DNA of 59,841 nt from Treponema sp. (lineage in GTDB: Bacteria > Spirochaetota > Spirochaetia > Treponematales > Breznakiellaceae): NCBI GenBank assembly GCA_031273325.1, contig JAISSB010000028.1, positions 1 to 59,841 on the forward strand. The letters are read 5' to 3'. A model generated the notes under the pieces. The model did not search any database. It was given only the letters and a program-made list of their open reading frames with translations, and had not been told where the DNA came from. Positions within the stretch are counted from its first letter, which is position 1; every line of letters begins with the position of its first letter. Made by a program: the position numbers and the translations under genes. Below, one piece after another: positions 38,743 to 47,645 of this stretch.

Positions 38743-39411
38743 CTACGCGATAATTGCTTCAGTTACGGGACTCCACGGACCGGTTTGCCCCTTAGAATTT
38801 TCATAACAAGTTGCATAATAGACCGTTTTTCCCTTGTCTGCTTCCGTGAAAATTACCGTGTAGGACGTTTTCCGTGAGAACTGCGTCTTGGGCAAATCAG
38901 CGCCCGAAGCCGGCTTTCCCCCGCCTATCTGCCACGCATACCGCACGCCGTATGCGTCCGCCGGTTTAGACGTAGCCCTTACCCCGTGGCTCAAAGCGTT
39001 TACCCGGTGCTGATAATGGTTTAGCGTAAGCAGTACTTCCGTGCTGGGCTGAGAGGTCGGCGGTGCGTGGGTTGTCAGCTTCGTATCCGCCGGACGTATA
39101 CCGTACACCAGCTTGTCCTCGTCTTTCATTTTTTTGTTGAAACGGATAGATGTATTAGCAAAATCCCGCATTGCGCGTATTGCCTCAACCTTCGCTTCAT
39201 CTTTTGCAATGCGATTTTGGGTAGAATTGTTGATTTCGTACACAGCACGGGCATTCAAAAACGCCATAATACGTGCAATCGTTGCCGTACAGTCCGCCTC
39301 GTTCCAATCAAACGCGCTTTGTTGTTCCGTATCGGCAAGCCCGGCAGCCCACTGCTTCAGCAAATCAACGATATTCTGTTCCCGTGTGGGAATCCAATCA
39401 CTGTGTGCTAT
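38743..39411 (-). CDS. Uncharacterised ~222-aa protein (helical N-half, Ig/FN3-like beta C-half); start codon is ATA
   Basis: AGGAGG (39419-39424) 7 nt before an in-frame ATA; AHSDWIPTRE.. N-terminus; C-terminal GKTVYYATCYENSKGQTGPWSPV. Confidence 0.7.
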   Translation of the reverse strand: MAHSDWIPTREQNIVDLLKQWAAGLADTEQQSAFDWNEADCTATIARIMAFLNARAVYEINNSTQNRIAKDEAKVEAIRAMRDFANTSIRFNKKMKDEDKLVYGIRPADTKLTTHAPPTSQPSTEVLLTLNHYQHRVNALSHGVRATSKPADAYGVRYAWQIGGGKPASGADLPKTQFSRKTSYTVIFTEADKGKTVYYATCYENSKGQTGPWSPVTEAIIA

Positions 39412-39441
39412 ACGAGCGCCTCCTTATGGTACATATATCCT

Positions 39442-39470
39442 ATACTAGCATGCTATAAAACTAAAGTCTA
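39442..39470 (-). promoter_or_regulatory. Promoter whose -35 box is supplied by the last array unit
   Basis: Minus strand TAGACT-17nt-TAGTAT with TGn extension. Confidence 0.5.
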
Positions 39471-39708
39471 GTACTTCCAGACTATAGTCTAGTACTTCCA
39501 GACTATAGTCTAGTACTTCCAGACTATAGTCTAAGATTTCCAGACTATAGTCTAAGATTTCCAGACTATAGTCTAAGATTTCCAGACTATAGTCTAAGAC
39601 TTCCAAACTATAGTCTAGTACTTCCAGACTATAGTCTAAGATTTCCAGACTATAGTCTAAGATTTCCAGATTATAGTCTAAGACTTCCAAATTATAGTCT
39701 AAGACTTC
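39461..39708. repeat. 21-bp tandem array (~12 units) with 12-bp palindrome AGACTATAGTCT
   Basis: TAGTCTAGTACTTCCAGACTA / TAGTCTAAGATTTCCAGACTA. Confidence 0.97.
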
Positions 39709-39787
39709 TGTATTACACCTTAATAGTTTTACAGTCTTAAGATAAATGCTCTTTCATAGTTCGTATGAATATTTTTCTTTGCGCTAT

Positions 39788-39853
39788 GGGGACAAACCTC
39801 CACCGCGGGGACAGACTCTGAACATTTTCTTTGCGCCGCAGGGACAGACCTCT
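39788..39853 (+). repeat. Three GGGACARAC motif copies
   Basis: Near 39788, 39807 and 39841. Confidence 0.8.
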
Positions 39854-39938
39854 GTTATATCAGGATAGGGACCTCCGCCGCGCCTCGAATAAAATTTTTC
39901 TTGACGGCTGTGAAAAAGCCGCTATAATCAATCGTAAG

Positions 39939-42239
39939 ATGGACTTTAAAATATTTATGGCTGAATTAAAGGCTGAGTTGACAGAAAATATCCTTCCTTT
40001 TTGGATTCACCATGCCTATGATCCGAAAAACGGCGGTATCTATGGGTCTTTAGACAATCAAAACCGCGGGGATTCCCAAGAAAACCGCTCTATCGTTATG
40101 AGCGCACGGCATCTCTGGGCATACAGTGCGGCGTCGAATTTCCTCGACACCCACCGGCAACTCTTTGAACAGGACAGCGGACGGCACGGGTATCGTGACA
40201 CGGCAGACAGCATATACCGTTATATCGATCATTATGACGATAAGGAATTCGGCGGTGTCTATTGGTCTGTTGAACCGGACGGAAAGCCGGCGGATATGCG
40301 TAAGCAGATATACGGTGAAGCTTTTGCAATCTACGGATTATCGGAATATGCGCGCACGATCACCCAAGAATCGGTCACTGCTGACGGTATCCTGCAGCGG
40401 ATAGACGCATTTACTCAAGCTGTTAAAATTTTTAATGTGCTGGAAAAACGCGCACGGGATTGGGAACATGGCGGCTACTGTGAAGCGCTTGGCCGGAATT
40501 GGGAGCCGATTAACGACACAAAACTGTCGGCGGTTGATATTGACTGCGATAAGTCAATGAATACGAACCTCCACGTCTTGGAGGCGCTCAGCAATCTATA
40601 CCGGGCATGCAAAGCGTTTGAACCGATGATAGTGCAGCAGCAAAAAGCACATGTGGAATCACAGATACAAACGTTAGAGCAGCAAATATCTGATATGCAC
40701 AAAGCCCCGCAACAGAAATTAGAACAAGAAAGACCTGATCTGCAGGAAATCCAGCAGCGCATACAAGAACTGCAATCACAGCGGCAAATGTTGGAGCAGC
40801 AAGAATCGGAATGTGAGTATTGCTGGCAAGAATCGCAGGTGCAAAAGCCCCAGCATCGAGAGATACAGCTTGAATCGCAGATACAGAAACTGTGGCAGCG
40901 CGAATTGCAGTTGAGAGCATGGCTGAGAAAGCTTCGGCGGCAAAACCCGGAACTCGAAGCTCAGATACAACGGTTACAGTATCAAGAATCACTACTTGAA
41001 TCACAGATGAAGGAATTAAGGCGCCAAGAGTCAGGACAGCAAAAATTCCAGCGCCAACAATCGGGTTTAGCGTTATGGCAACAGAAATTTCAGCAAGAGG
41101 AATTAGAGATCCGAAAACAGTTAAAAAGAGTACAGCACGATGAATCTGAGCAAGAATTATGGGTACAAAAATCCCAGCAGCAAATGAGAGATCACGAATC
41201 ACATTTACAAGAAATACGGGAACAACGATCTAATCGAGGGCTAGAATTGCGGGAACTCCAAAGACAAAAACCGGAACGGGAATTACAGCTAGAATCACGG
41301 TTGCAACAATTACAGCAACGAGCATTAATATTACAAAAAGTACAGCAACAAGACCCAGAACTCGATATGACGTCACAGTTGCAAGACATACACGATCAAG
41401 AATCTGAGGTAAAATCGGAGCAACAAGCGTTACAGAGTCGGAAGCCGGAACTGGATTCACAGTTGGAAGACTTAGAGCGCCAAGAATTAAATCAAGAGTT
41501 ACAGTTGCAACAATTACAGAAACGAGTAGCAGGATTCGAATTACAGTTGCACCAATTACAGCTTCAAGAAGATGCGCTGAAATTAGGTCTGGAGCAACTG
41601 CAGCAAGAACAAGCATTACTTGATGCAGCGGAAATCGGCACGCAGGTGAAGAAAGCGCTTGAGTCGCTCATTACGGTAACAAAAGACCATATTTTCGGTG
41701 CAGATAACCATTTAAAATTGTTTTTTAATAATGATTGGACAGTGACGAGCGACATTGTGTCGTTTGGGCATGACATTGAGGCAAGCTGGCTTCTGTGGGA
41801 GGCTGCCGAACTGACCGGTAACGAAGAGCTTCAGCGCACTATCCGCCCGCTCGTTATTCAGGTTGCAGATACGGCTCTCGTTGAAGGGTTTGAGTGGTCT
41901 GACGAGTGGGGAGCTTTGGACAATGAGATTAAGAACGGCACGCGCGACAAAACGAGAATTTGGTGGTGTCAAGCTGAAGCAATGGTTGGCTTTTTTAATG
42001 CGTGGCAGTTGACCGGGGAATCGAGGTTCCGTGAAGCTGTTATTAAACAGTGGAAATGGATTAAAAAGTATCAAAAAGATCCGAGCGGCGGTGATTGGTT
42101 TTGGGCAGTGTCTGCTGAAGGAACCGCGGATCGTGATAAGCCGAAGGGCGGTAACTGGAAAACTCCCTATCATAATGCGCGAAGCTGCATGGAATTAATA
42201 GGGCGCATGCACGATATGACTACGCCTAGCACCACTTAG
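39939..42239 (+). CDS. AGE-family epimerase (cellobiose 2-epimerase-like) with a ~335-aa coiled-coil insertion
   Basis: ENILPFW, ARHLWAYS, KSMNTNLHVLEA, SFGHDIEASWLL, WWCQAE, WKTPYHNAR; Q/E/L-rich insert ~40620-41630; TTGACG-16-TATAAT upstream. Confidence 0.88.
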   Translation: MDFKIFMAELKAELTENILPFWIHHAYDPKNGGIYGSLDNQNRGDSQENRSIVMSARHLWAYSAASNFLDTHRQLFEQDSGRHGYRDTADSIYRYIDHYDDKEFGGVYWSVEPDGKPADMRKQIYGEAFAIYGLSEYARTITQESVTADGILQRIDAFTQAVKIFNVLEKRARDWEHGGYCEALGRNWEPINDTKLSAVDIDCDKSMNTNLHVLEALSNLYRACKAFEPMIVQQQKAHVESQIQTLEQQISDMHKAPQQKLEQERPDLQEIQQRIQELQSQRQMLEQQESECEYCWQESQVQKPQHREIQLESQIQKLWQRELQLRAWLRKLRRQNPELEAQIQRLQYQESLLESQMKELRRQESGQQKFQRQQSGLALWQQKFQQEELEIRKQLKRVQHDESEQELWVQKSQQQMRDHESHLQEIREQRSNRGLELRELQRQKPERELQLESRLQQLQQRALILQKVQQQDPELDMTSQLQDIHDQESEVKSEQQALQSRKPELDSQLEDLERQELNQELQLQQLQKRVAGFELQLHQLQLQEDALKLGLEQLQQEQALLDAAEIGTQVKKALESLITVTKDHIFGADNHLKLFFNNDWTVTSDIVSFGHDIEASWLLWEAAELTGNEELQRTIRPLVIQVADTALVEGFEWSDEWGALDNEIKNGTRDKTRIWWCQAEAMVGFFNAWQLTGESRFREAVIKQWKWIKKYQKDPSGGDWFWAVSAEGTADRDKPKGGNWKTPYHNARSCMELIGRMHDMTTPSTT

Positions 42240-42264
42240 CACATTGCAGAGCTTTTAAAAGTGA

Positions 42265-43017
42265 TCACACGGTATGACAGTACTGTTGCGGATAATTGGT
42301 AATAATTCCCACACAACCGAAATCAAGCATGCGTTCTGCAATGTCTTGCTTATCAACCGTCCAGGGAATAACCGGTTTCCGGAAACGAATGGGAAAAAGC
42401 ATATTAACCTGACTGTATATCGGCTTTAGATAATCACAGTGGGACAGCACAGCCCCAAAACCATACCGGAGAAACCACGGAACACCTTTATCGGAACACC
42501 AAATAATAGCTGTCGGAACGGTTGGACAAAGTTTCTTAAAGGCAAGGAGCGCGATTGGGTTGAAAGAAGAAACAGTAACAGACGTGAGTACTTTCTCGCC
42601 GAAAGTGCGCAGCATATCAGCTACAAGACCCGGTAACGGGTCTTGTTTTGTTTTCCGTGTTTTTAATTCAATATCTATATAACAATCCGGACAGAACTCC
42701 TCCAAGACTTCTTGCAATAATGGGGGAGACTCACGCCAAAATGACGTATCAAAAAAAGATCCAACGTCAAGTTTCCGAATATCTTCAAGCTTTAACTGCT
42801 CGATAGCATAAGGATAATAAGCCGTACGTTCAAACGTGTCGTCGTGAGCAACAACCAAATCACCGGACGCACATACATGTACGTCTAATTCCAAACCCGG
42901 ACTTCCCAGTTCACGAGCCTTTCTAAACGAAGCCATTGTATTTTCCGGGGCAAGCGAAGAACATCCCCGGTGTGCAAAAATTAAAGGGCGTTCACAGTGT
43001 GCTAATAGTGGAATCAT
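42265..43017 (-). CDS. Glycerophosphodiester phosphodiesterase
   Basis: FAHRG..APENT, ELDVH..VVAHD, IELK, PWTVD, GIITNYP; start approximate. Confidence 0.9.
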   Translation of the reverse strand: MIPLLAHCERPLIFAHRGCSSLAPENTMASFRKARELGSPGLELDVHVCASGDLVVAHDDTFERTAYYPYAIEQLKLEDIRKLDVGSFFDTSFWRESPPLLQEVLEEFCPDCYIDIELKTRKTKQDPLPGLVADMLRTFGEKVLTSVTVSSFNPIALLAFKKLCPTVPTAIIWCSDKGVPWFLRYGFGAVLSHCDYLKPIYSQVNMLFPIRFRKPVIPWTVDKQDIAERMLDFGCVGIITNYPQQYCHTV

Positions 43018-43064
43018 ATTTTTAAAATTCTTCAAATTTTTTCAAATTTTTTCAAAAAAAATAC

Positions 43065-43520
43065 TTATTGCACAGACATTTTTGCCTTGAGAGCTTCAAG
43101 GGCAGCCGCTGCTGAAACATTTTTTTCTTCTGCGGCAAAATGACGATCAGCCTCCATCTTCTCTTCTTCACCGGGCAAATAACCGTTAACAATGAGTAAT
43201 TCCTGTTGAAGCAGATCGGTATCTATCGTACGTTCCTGTGCTGCTATGGTTGGTAGCCGCTGTTGTAATTCGCTCCATTGACGGCGCAAAGCGGTGCATT
43301 CTGCACTTATTGTATCCCGTTTTGCTTTAATATCAGCTAAAACAGCTTCAGCTTGCTTTTGAAGCTCACATTTTCCCGCAGTGCGCGCGAGCTGTACCCT
43401 TTGTTCCCATTTTGCAATATCGGCATTAAGGTCATTTATCGTTTTTTCATTGAGTTTCAATGTTGTAATAAGTGCTTTGATATGCATTTTTGCATCGTCG
43501 GCACTGTTAAAAACATCCAT
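43065..43520 (-). CDS. Coiled-coil protein, possibly PspA/IM30-like
   Basis: Helical; KWEQRVQLARTAGKCEL, C-terminal ALEALKAKM; GAGGAG RBS. Confidence 0.55.
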   Translation of the reverse strand: MDVFNSADDAKMHIKALITTLKLNEKTINDLNADIAKWEQRVQLARTAGKCELQKQAEAVLADIKAKRDTISAECTALRRQWSELQQRLPTIAAQERTIDTDLLQQELLIVNGYLPGEEEKMEADRHFAAEEKNVSAAAALEALKAKMSVQ

Positions 43521-43711
43521 AGTATTCTCCTCTTTTTTAAACCGTATAGTCCGCATACCGTTTTGTCAATAGCAGGAGTTTTGCCTCTTTCTTCATATTC
43601 TGGAAGCTACATTCCTTTGAATAATTAACGATATTCTCTGGAAAATAATACTTGACGTGCTTAATCGGGTAATTTATGCTAATAAAAAATAAGAAAGAGG
43701 AGTTATTGAAA

Positions 43712-44212
43712 ATGAAAAAAACAGTGTTTGTATGTGCTATTCTTTGTAGTTTCGCATGCGCTGCGTTTGCCGCCGATCCCGCCGAGGGATTCTGGATTAG
43801 TATTGACGAAAAAACAGGAATAGCAACCGCCGGCTGGGAGTTTTATCAAAATAACGGTGTGTTGCAGGCAAAAATGTTGTCTGTCGTTGGCATAAGCGCT
43901 GCTGCTATAGCAACAAAATGCAAAGAAAGTTATAGGGGATTTCCCATTTCCGGCAAAGTAAACCAAATGTCGCTCCTTGGCACTCCATGGATATTTGGAT
44001 TAAGCCGGGAAAGTACCGGACAGTGGGTCAAAGGCAATGTAATAAACCCGGAAGATGGAAATATGTATCGGTGCCGAGTTATGTACCACCCGGCAGACGG
44101 TAACCGATACAAAACCGAAGTATTAGAAATTCGGGGCGAAATAGGGCTTGGAATCGGTTACAGTCAATTCTGGCAACGGAGTACAAAAGAACGGGCAGAA
44201 AGCTTGCGCTAA
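43712..44212 (+). CDS. Secreted DUF2147-like protein
   Basis: Signal peptide, ADPAEGFWISIDEKTG, W..G.VINPEDGNMY, LEIRGEIG..SQFWQR. Confidence 0.75.
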   Translation: MKKTVFVCAILCSFACAAFAADPAEGFWISIDEKTGIATAGWEFYQNNGVLQAKMLSVVGISAAAIATKCKESYRGFPISGKVNQMSLLGTPWIFGLSRESTGQWVKGNVINPEDGNMYRCRVMYHPADGNRYKTEVLEIRGEIGLGIGYSQFWQRSTKERAESLR

Positions 44213-44221
44213 CCAGCTATC

Positions 44222-46867
44222 TTACTTGAGACAGAATTTTCGTATGAGATCAACCGGAATAATTGAAACGGTAAGTATTAAGAGGATGAGCCACTGGGTC
44301 CCATTAAGCCCGTAACTGTTAAAAATCCCTCTCCCTATGTAGGTTAACAGTATTTGTACGACAGCAATAATGGCAAAAACTTGAAGAAACCCTTTGTTTT
44401 TATTGATGTTGTCGAATAGATTCCGCCGCTCTGTCCGAGCGTTGAACGCATTGAACACTGCAATAAAAACAAAAAAAGCAAAATAGCCCGTTGCTAAAGC
44501 TTTACCGGGAAAGTTAGCTTGAATCGCCGGTACAAATGTGTACACAAAACTCAACACAAAAACCCAGCCCGCACCGAGTAAAATTTCTCCCCACATACGG
44601 GAACTGACAATAGATTCGTCGCGGCGTTTGGGTTTTTCCTGCATAAACCGAGTAAGCGCTGGTTCCCCGCCAAACGCAAGCGCTGCAAGGGTATCCATAA
44701 TTAAATTAATCCACAGTATTTGGGTAATAGTAAGAGGATTTTCATGTCCTAATAAAAGCATAAAAAAGTTAATCAACACTGCCGATATATTGATCGTCAA
44801 CTGGAAAATAATGAATTTCCGGATACTATTGAAAATAGTTCTACCGTAGAGAATTGCTTTATCAATAGAATTAAAGTTATCGTCCAAAATGACAATGTCA
44901 GAAGCTTCTTTTGCAACTTCAGTTCCGCCGCCCATAGCAAAGCCGACGTCAGCTTTCTTGAGCGCTGGAGAATCGTTGACACCATCCCCCGTCATACCAA
45001 CGACATAGTTAAGTTCCTGAGTAAGCCGAACCAGACGGCTTTTATCGGTCGGTAAGGCGCGTGCTACTACTTTAATATGCGGTAATCGTTTCTTTACTTC
45101 CTCGTCTGAAAGGGCAGCCAACTCGTCAGACGTCAACACAAGGTCTTCAGATTTTGTAAGTAAGCCTGCTTCACGCGCAATAGCAATAGCCGTTTCCCGG
45201 CGGTCCCCCGTAATCATTACGACTTGCACGCCCGCACCGTGAACTTCACTGATCGCCGTGATTGATTCAGGGCGCACTTCGTCGCGAATACCGACGATGC
45301 CGACGAGAATCCATGCGTCGGTAGGCAGACTATCGTCGTTAGCACCTAAGGATTTTTCAGAAACAGCAAGAGCAAGCACCCGAATTGCCCGCGCAGCAAG
45401 CGAATCAATAATTGCATTCAGCTCACTGTGTCCCGAATACGGTTTTTTTTCTCCATTACTATCAAAATAAAACCGGCAATTGTTGAGAATTTTTTCCGGA
45501 GCCCCTTTAATAAGAGTTACGTTATAATCGCCGGAGACAGTTTTTGCTGAATATTTATTCGTACTGTTAAAGGGAATATGTCCTGTTGTTGTAACGTTGA
45601 CCGGCACTGAATCTCCGCCGGAAAAGCTTAATATTGCCCGTTCTGTTGCATTGCCGCCGACAACATGCTTCGTTGCAGATATAACAGAATCGGTATTTTG
45701 ATGGATAGAGAGCGAAAGCCACTTTTTTAAGCCGTCTTTAACTTCGGCGTAAGTCTTGTATTGAGCCGTTGTACCGTCAATAAAAGTAACAACTTCAAGC
45801 TTTCCTTTGGTAATAGTTCCTGTTTTATCGCTAAATAAAAAATTTAAACTTCCGGCTGTTTCAATACCGGCAATTTTGCGGACAAGCACATTATCTTTAA
45901 GCATCTTTCCCATATTCAGTGCTGAAACTATTGCAATCATAAGAGGAAGCCCTTCCGGAACCGCCATAACGATGATAATAACAGCAAGCATAACTGCATG
46001 AATTAAATCATTGACAATGTGTACCCAATCACTGCAATAGGCCACTATCTCCACGAGGTTAAAGTTATTCGCCATAATAATCCGCTGGAAAAGCATTGCA
46101 ACAGCAATAGCGATACCGCCGATATAGCCGAACTTACTAATCGCATGCGCAAGACTCGTTAATTTTACTTTGAGGGGAGAATCGCGCTCTTCTCCTGTTT
46201 GCAATTCCTTAGCAATTTGTCCATATACCGATTTATCGCCAACGACCGTGACCTGCATCACTGCATTTCCGGAATATACAACGGAACCGCGGAATACCTT
46301 ATGGGTATTGAGAAAATCCATAGATTCTTGGGTATCCGTATAATCGGGCGTTGTAGCAGTCTTGGTAGCTTCGGCAGATTCTCCATTCAGTACCGATTGA
46401 TCAACTTTGAGCGTTCCATTGATGATAATGCCGTCGGCAGGAATTTTATCTCCCGGCTGCAACAAAATTGCATCGTGTACGACAATATCTTCAATAGGAA
46501 GTTCAACGATGTCGGCATTACGGTAGATTTTGCACCGTATCCGTGAAGCTTCTTCTTGCAGAACGCGGAACGCATTTTCATTCCGGTATTCAGACAGTGT
46601 CGATACAAAGGTTGCAAGCAAAATTGCAAGCGCAATACCAACCGGCTCGTACCATGCCATTTCGTCAGCAATCAGCCCTGCATAGTGACCAATGACTAAC
46701 AACACATTGACGATTAAAGCAATGCACAGAATTTTAATCATAGGGTCGCCGAAATTCTCTTTGAGAGTATCCCAAAAACTTTTTATTTCTTGTTCCGTGA
46801 GACGGTTATCACCAAATTTTTCTTTTGATTCTTGAACCTGAGCATCATTTAGCCCAAAATGCTCCAT
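44222..46867 (-). CDS. Calcium-translocating P-type ATPase (PMCA-like)
   Basis: VPEGLP, DKTGT, KGAPE, MITGD, TGDGVNDSPAL. Confidence 0.95.
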   Translation of the reverse strand: MEHFGLNDAQVQESKEKFGDNRLTEQEIKSFWDTLKENFGDPMIKILCIALIVNVLLVIGHYAGLIADEMAWYEPVGIALAILLATFVSTLSEYRNENAFRVLQEEASRIRCKIYRNADIVELPIEDIVVHDAILLQPGDKIPADGIIINGTLKVDQSVLNGESAEATKTATTPDYTDTQESMDFLNTHKVFRGSVVYSGNAVMQVTVVGDKSVYGQIAKELQTGEERDSPLKVKLTSLAHAISKFGYIGGIAIAVAMLFQRIIMANNFNLVEIVAYCSDWVHIVNDLIHAVMLAVIIIVMAVPEGLPLMIAIVSALNMGKMLKDNVLVRKIAGIETAGSLNFLFSDKTGTITKGKLEVVTFIDGTTAQYKTYAEVKDGLKKWLSLSIHQNTDSVISATKHVVGGNATERAILSFSGGDSVPVNVTTTGHIPFNSTNKYSAKTVSGDYNVTLIKGAPEKILNNCRFYFDSNGEKKPYSGHSELNAIIDSLAARAIRVLALAVSEKSLGANDDSLPTDAWILVGIVGIRDEVRPESITAISEVHGAGVQVVMITGDRRETAIAIAREAGLLTKSEDLVLTSDELAALSDEEVKKRLPHIKVVARALPTDKSRLVRLTQELNYVVGMTGDGVNDSPALKKADVGFAMGGGTEVAKEASDIVILDDNFNSIDKAILYGRTIFNSIRKFIIFQLTINISAVLINFFMLLLGHENPLTITQILWINLIMDTLAALAFGGEPALTRFMQEKPKRRDESIVSSRMWGEILLGAGWVFVLSFVYTFVPAIQANFPGKALATGYFAFFVFIAVFNAFNARTERRNLFDNINKNKGFLQVFAIIAVVQILLTYIGRGIFNSYGLNGTQWLILLILTVSIIPVDLIRKFCLK

Positions 46868-47041
46868 AAAAACTCCTTTCTATGAAAAGATGAAAAACAA
46901 CTGATCTGTGAGATCACATTCCTTGTTTACAGAATATAATAATCGTATGGAATCTGAAAAGGGTCAAGTAAGAACCAGCAAAGCCACACTTCCGCTCCTG
47001 AAGAAAAAAACCCTCTCATCTTCAAAATGAGCTGGAACCAA

Positions 47042-47312
47042 GACTCAGTTAACTAAGAATGACTCAGAATTAACTAAGAATGAGTCAGAATTAGCTAAGA
47101 ATGACTCAGAATTAGCTAAGAATGACTCAGAATTAGCTAAGAATGAGTCAGAATTAGCTGCGAGCGAGTCAGAATTAGCTGCGAACGAGTCAGAATTAGC
47201 TAAGAACGAGTCAGAATTAGCTGCGAGCGAGTCAAAATTAGCTGCGAGCGAGTCAGAATTAGCTGCGAGCGAGTCAGAATTAGCTGCGAATGAGTCAGAA
47301 TTAGCTGCGAGC
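47042..47312. repeat. 21-bp tandem array (~13 units), same family as 28526-29375
   Basis: AACTAAGAATGACTCAGAATT grading to AGCTGCGAGCGAGTCAGAATT; followed by three motif copies at 47313-47356. Confidence 0.95.
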
Positions 47313-47377
47313 AGGGACAGACCTTTCGGTGACAGACCTCAACAGAGACAGACCTTAAAAAAAATCGAAAAATAATA

Positions 47378-47406
47378 TTGACAAAACAAGAATTACACGG
47401 TATAGT
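47378..47406 (+). promoter_or_regulatory. sigma70-type promoter
   Basis: TTGACA-17nt-TATAGT. Confidence 0.75.
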
Positions 47407-47469
47407 ACTTTGTAGAGAGCAGAAGCATTTTTTTTATTTTTCTTGATCTGCTTTTTTCTGCGTGTCTTT

Positions 47470-47623
47470 TAAAGAGGACCGTAGCCAGGCCAATCTGATA
47501 AATGAAACTGACTACGGTAAGCCTGTACACGTAGTACATTGATAAACATAGTGTAAAAATCCCTAATATGTCAATGTACTGCGTGTTCTCCTCTTTACAT
47601 AGAATCCAAGCTTGTGCTTGGAT
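47470..47623 (+). ncRNA. Candidate structured 5' leader RNA (three-way junction plus hairpin)
   Basis: P1 47470-78/47589-97; P2 47478-88/47508-18; P3 47527-42/47571-86; hairpin 47604-47623. Confidence 0.4.
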
Positions 47624-47645
47624 ATATTTTCTTGAGGAGGACTCT

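Noticed and set aside
40620-41630. Intein or intron as the explanation for the epimerase insert
   Set aside because: No Cys/Ser start, His-Asn end or homing-endonuclease motifs; the composition is that of a coiled coil and the frame is uninterrupted.
43021-43060. TTCAAATTTT micro-repeat, and the 12-bp duplication ATTGTTATCATT near 50186-50209
   Set aside because: Short AT-rich duplications consistent with ordinary slippage; not enough evidence for function.
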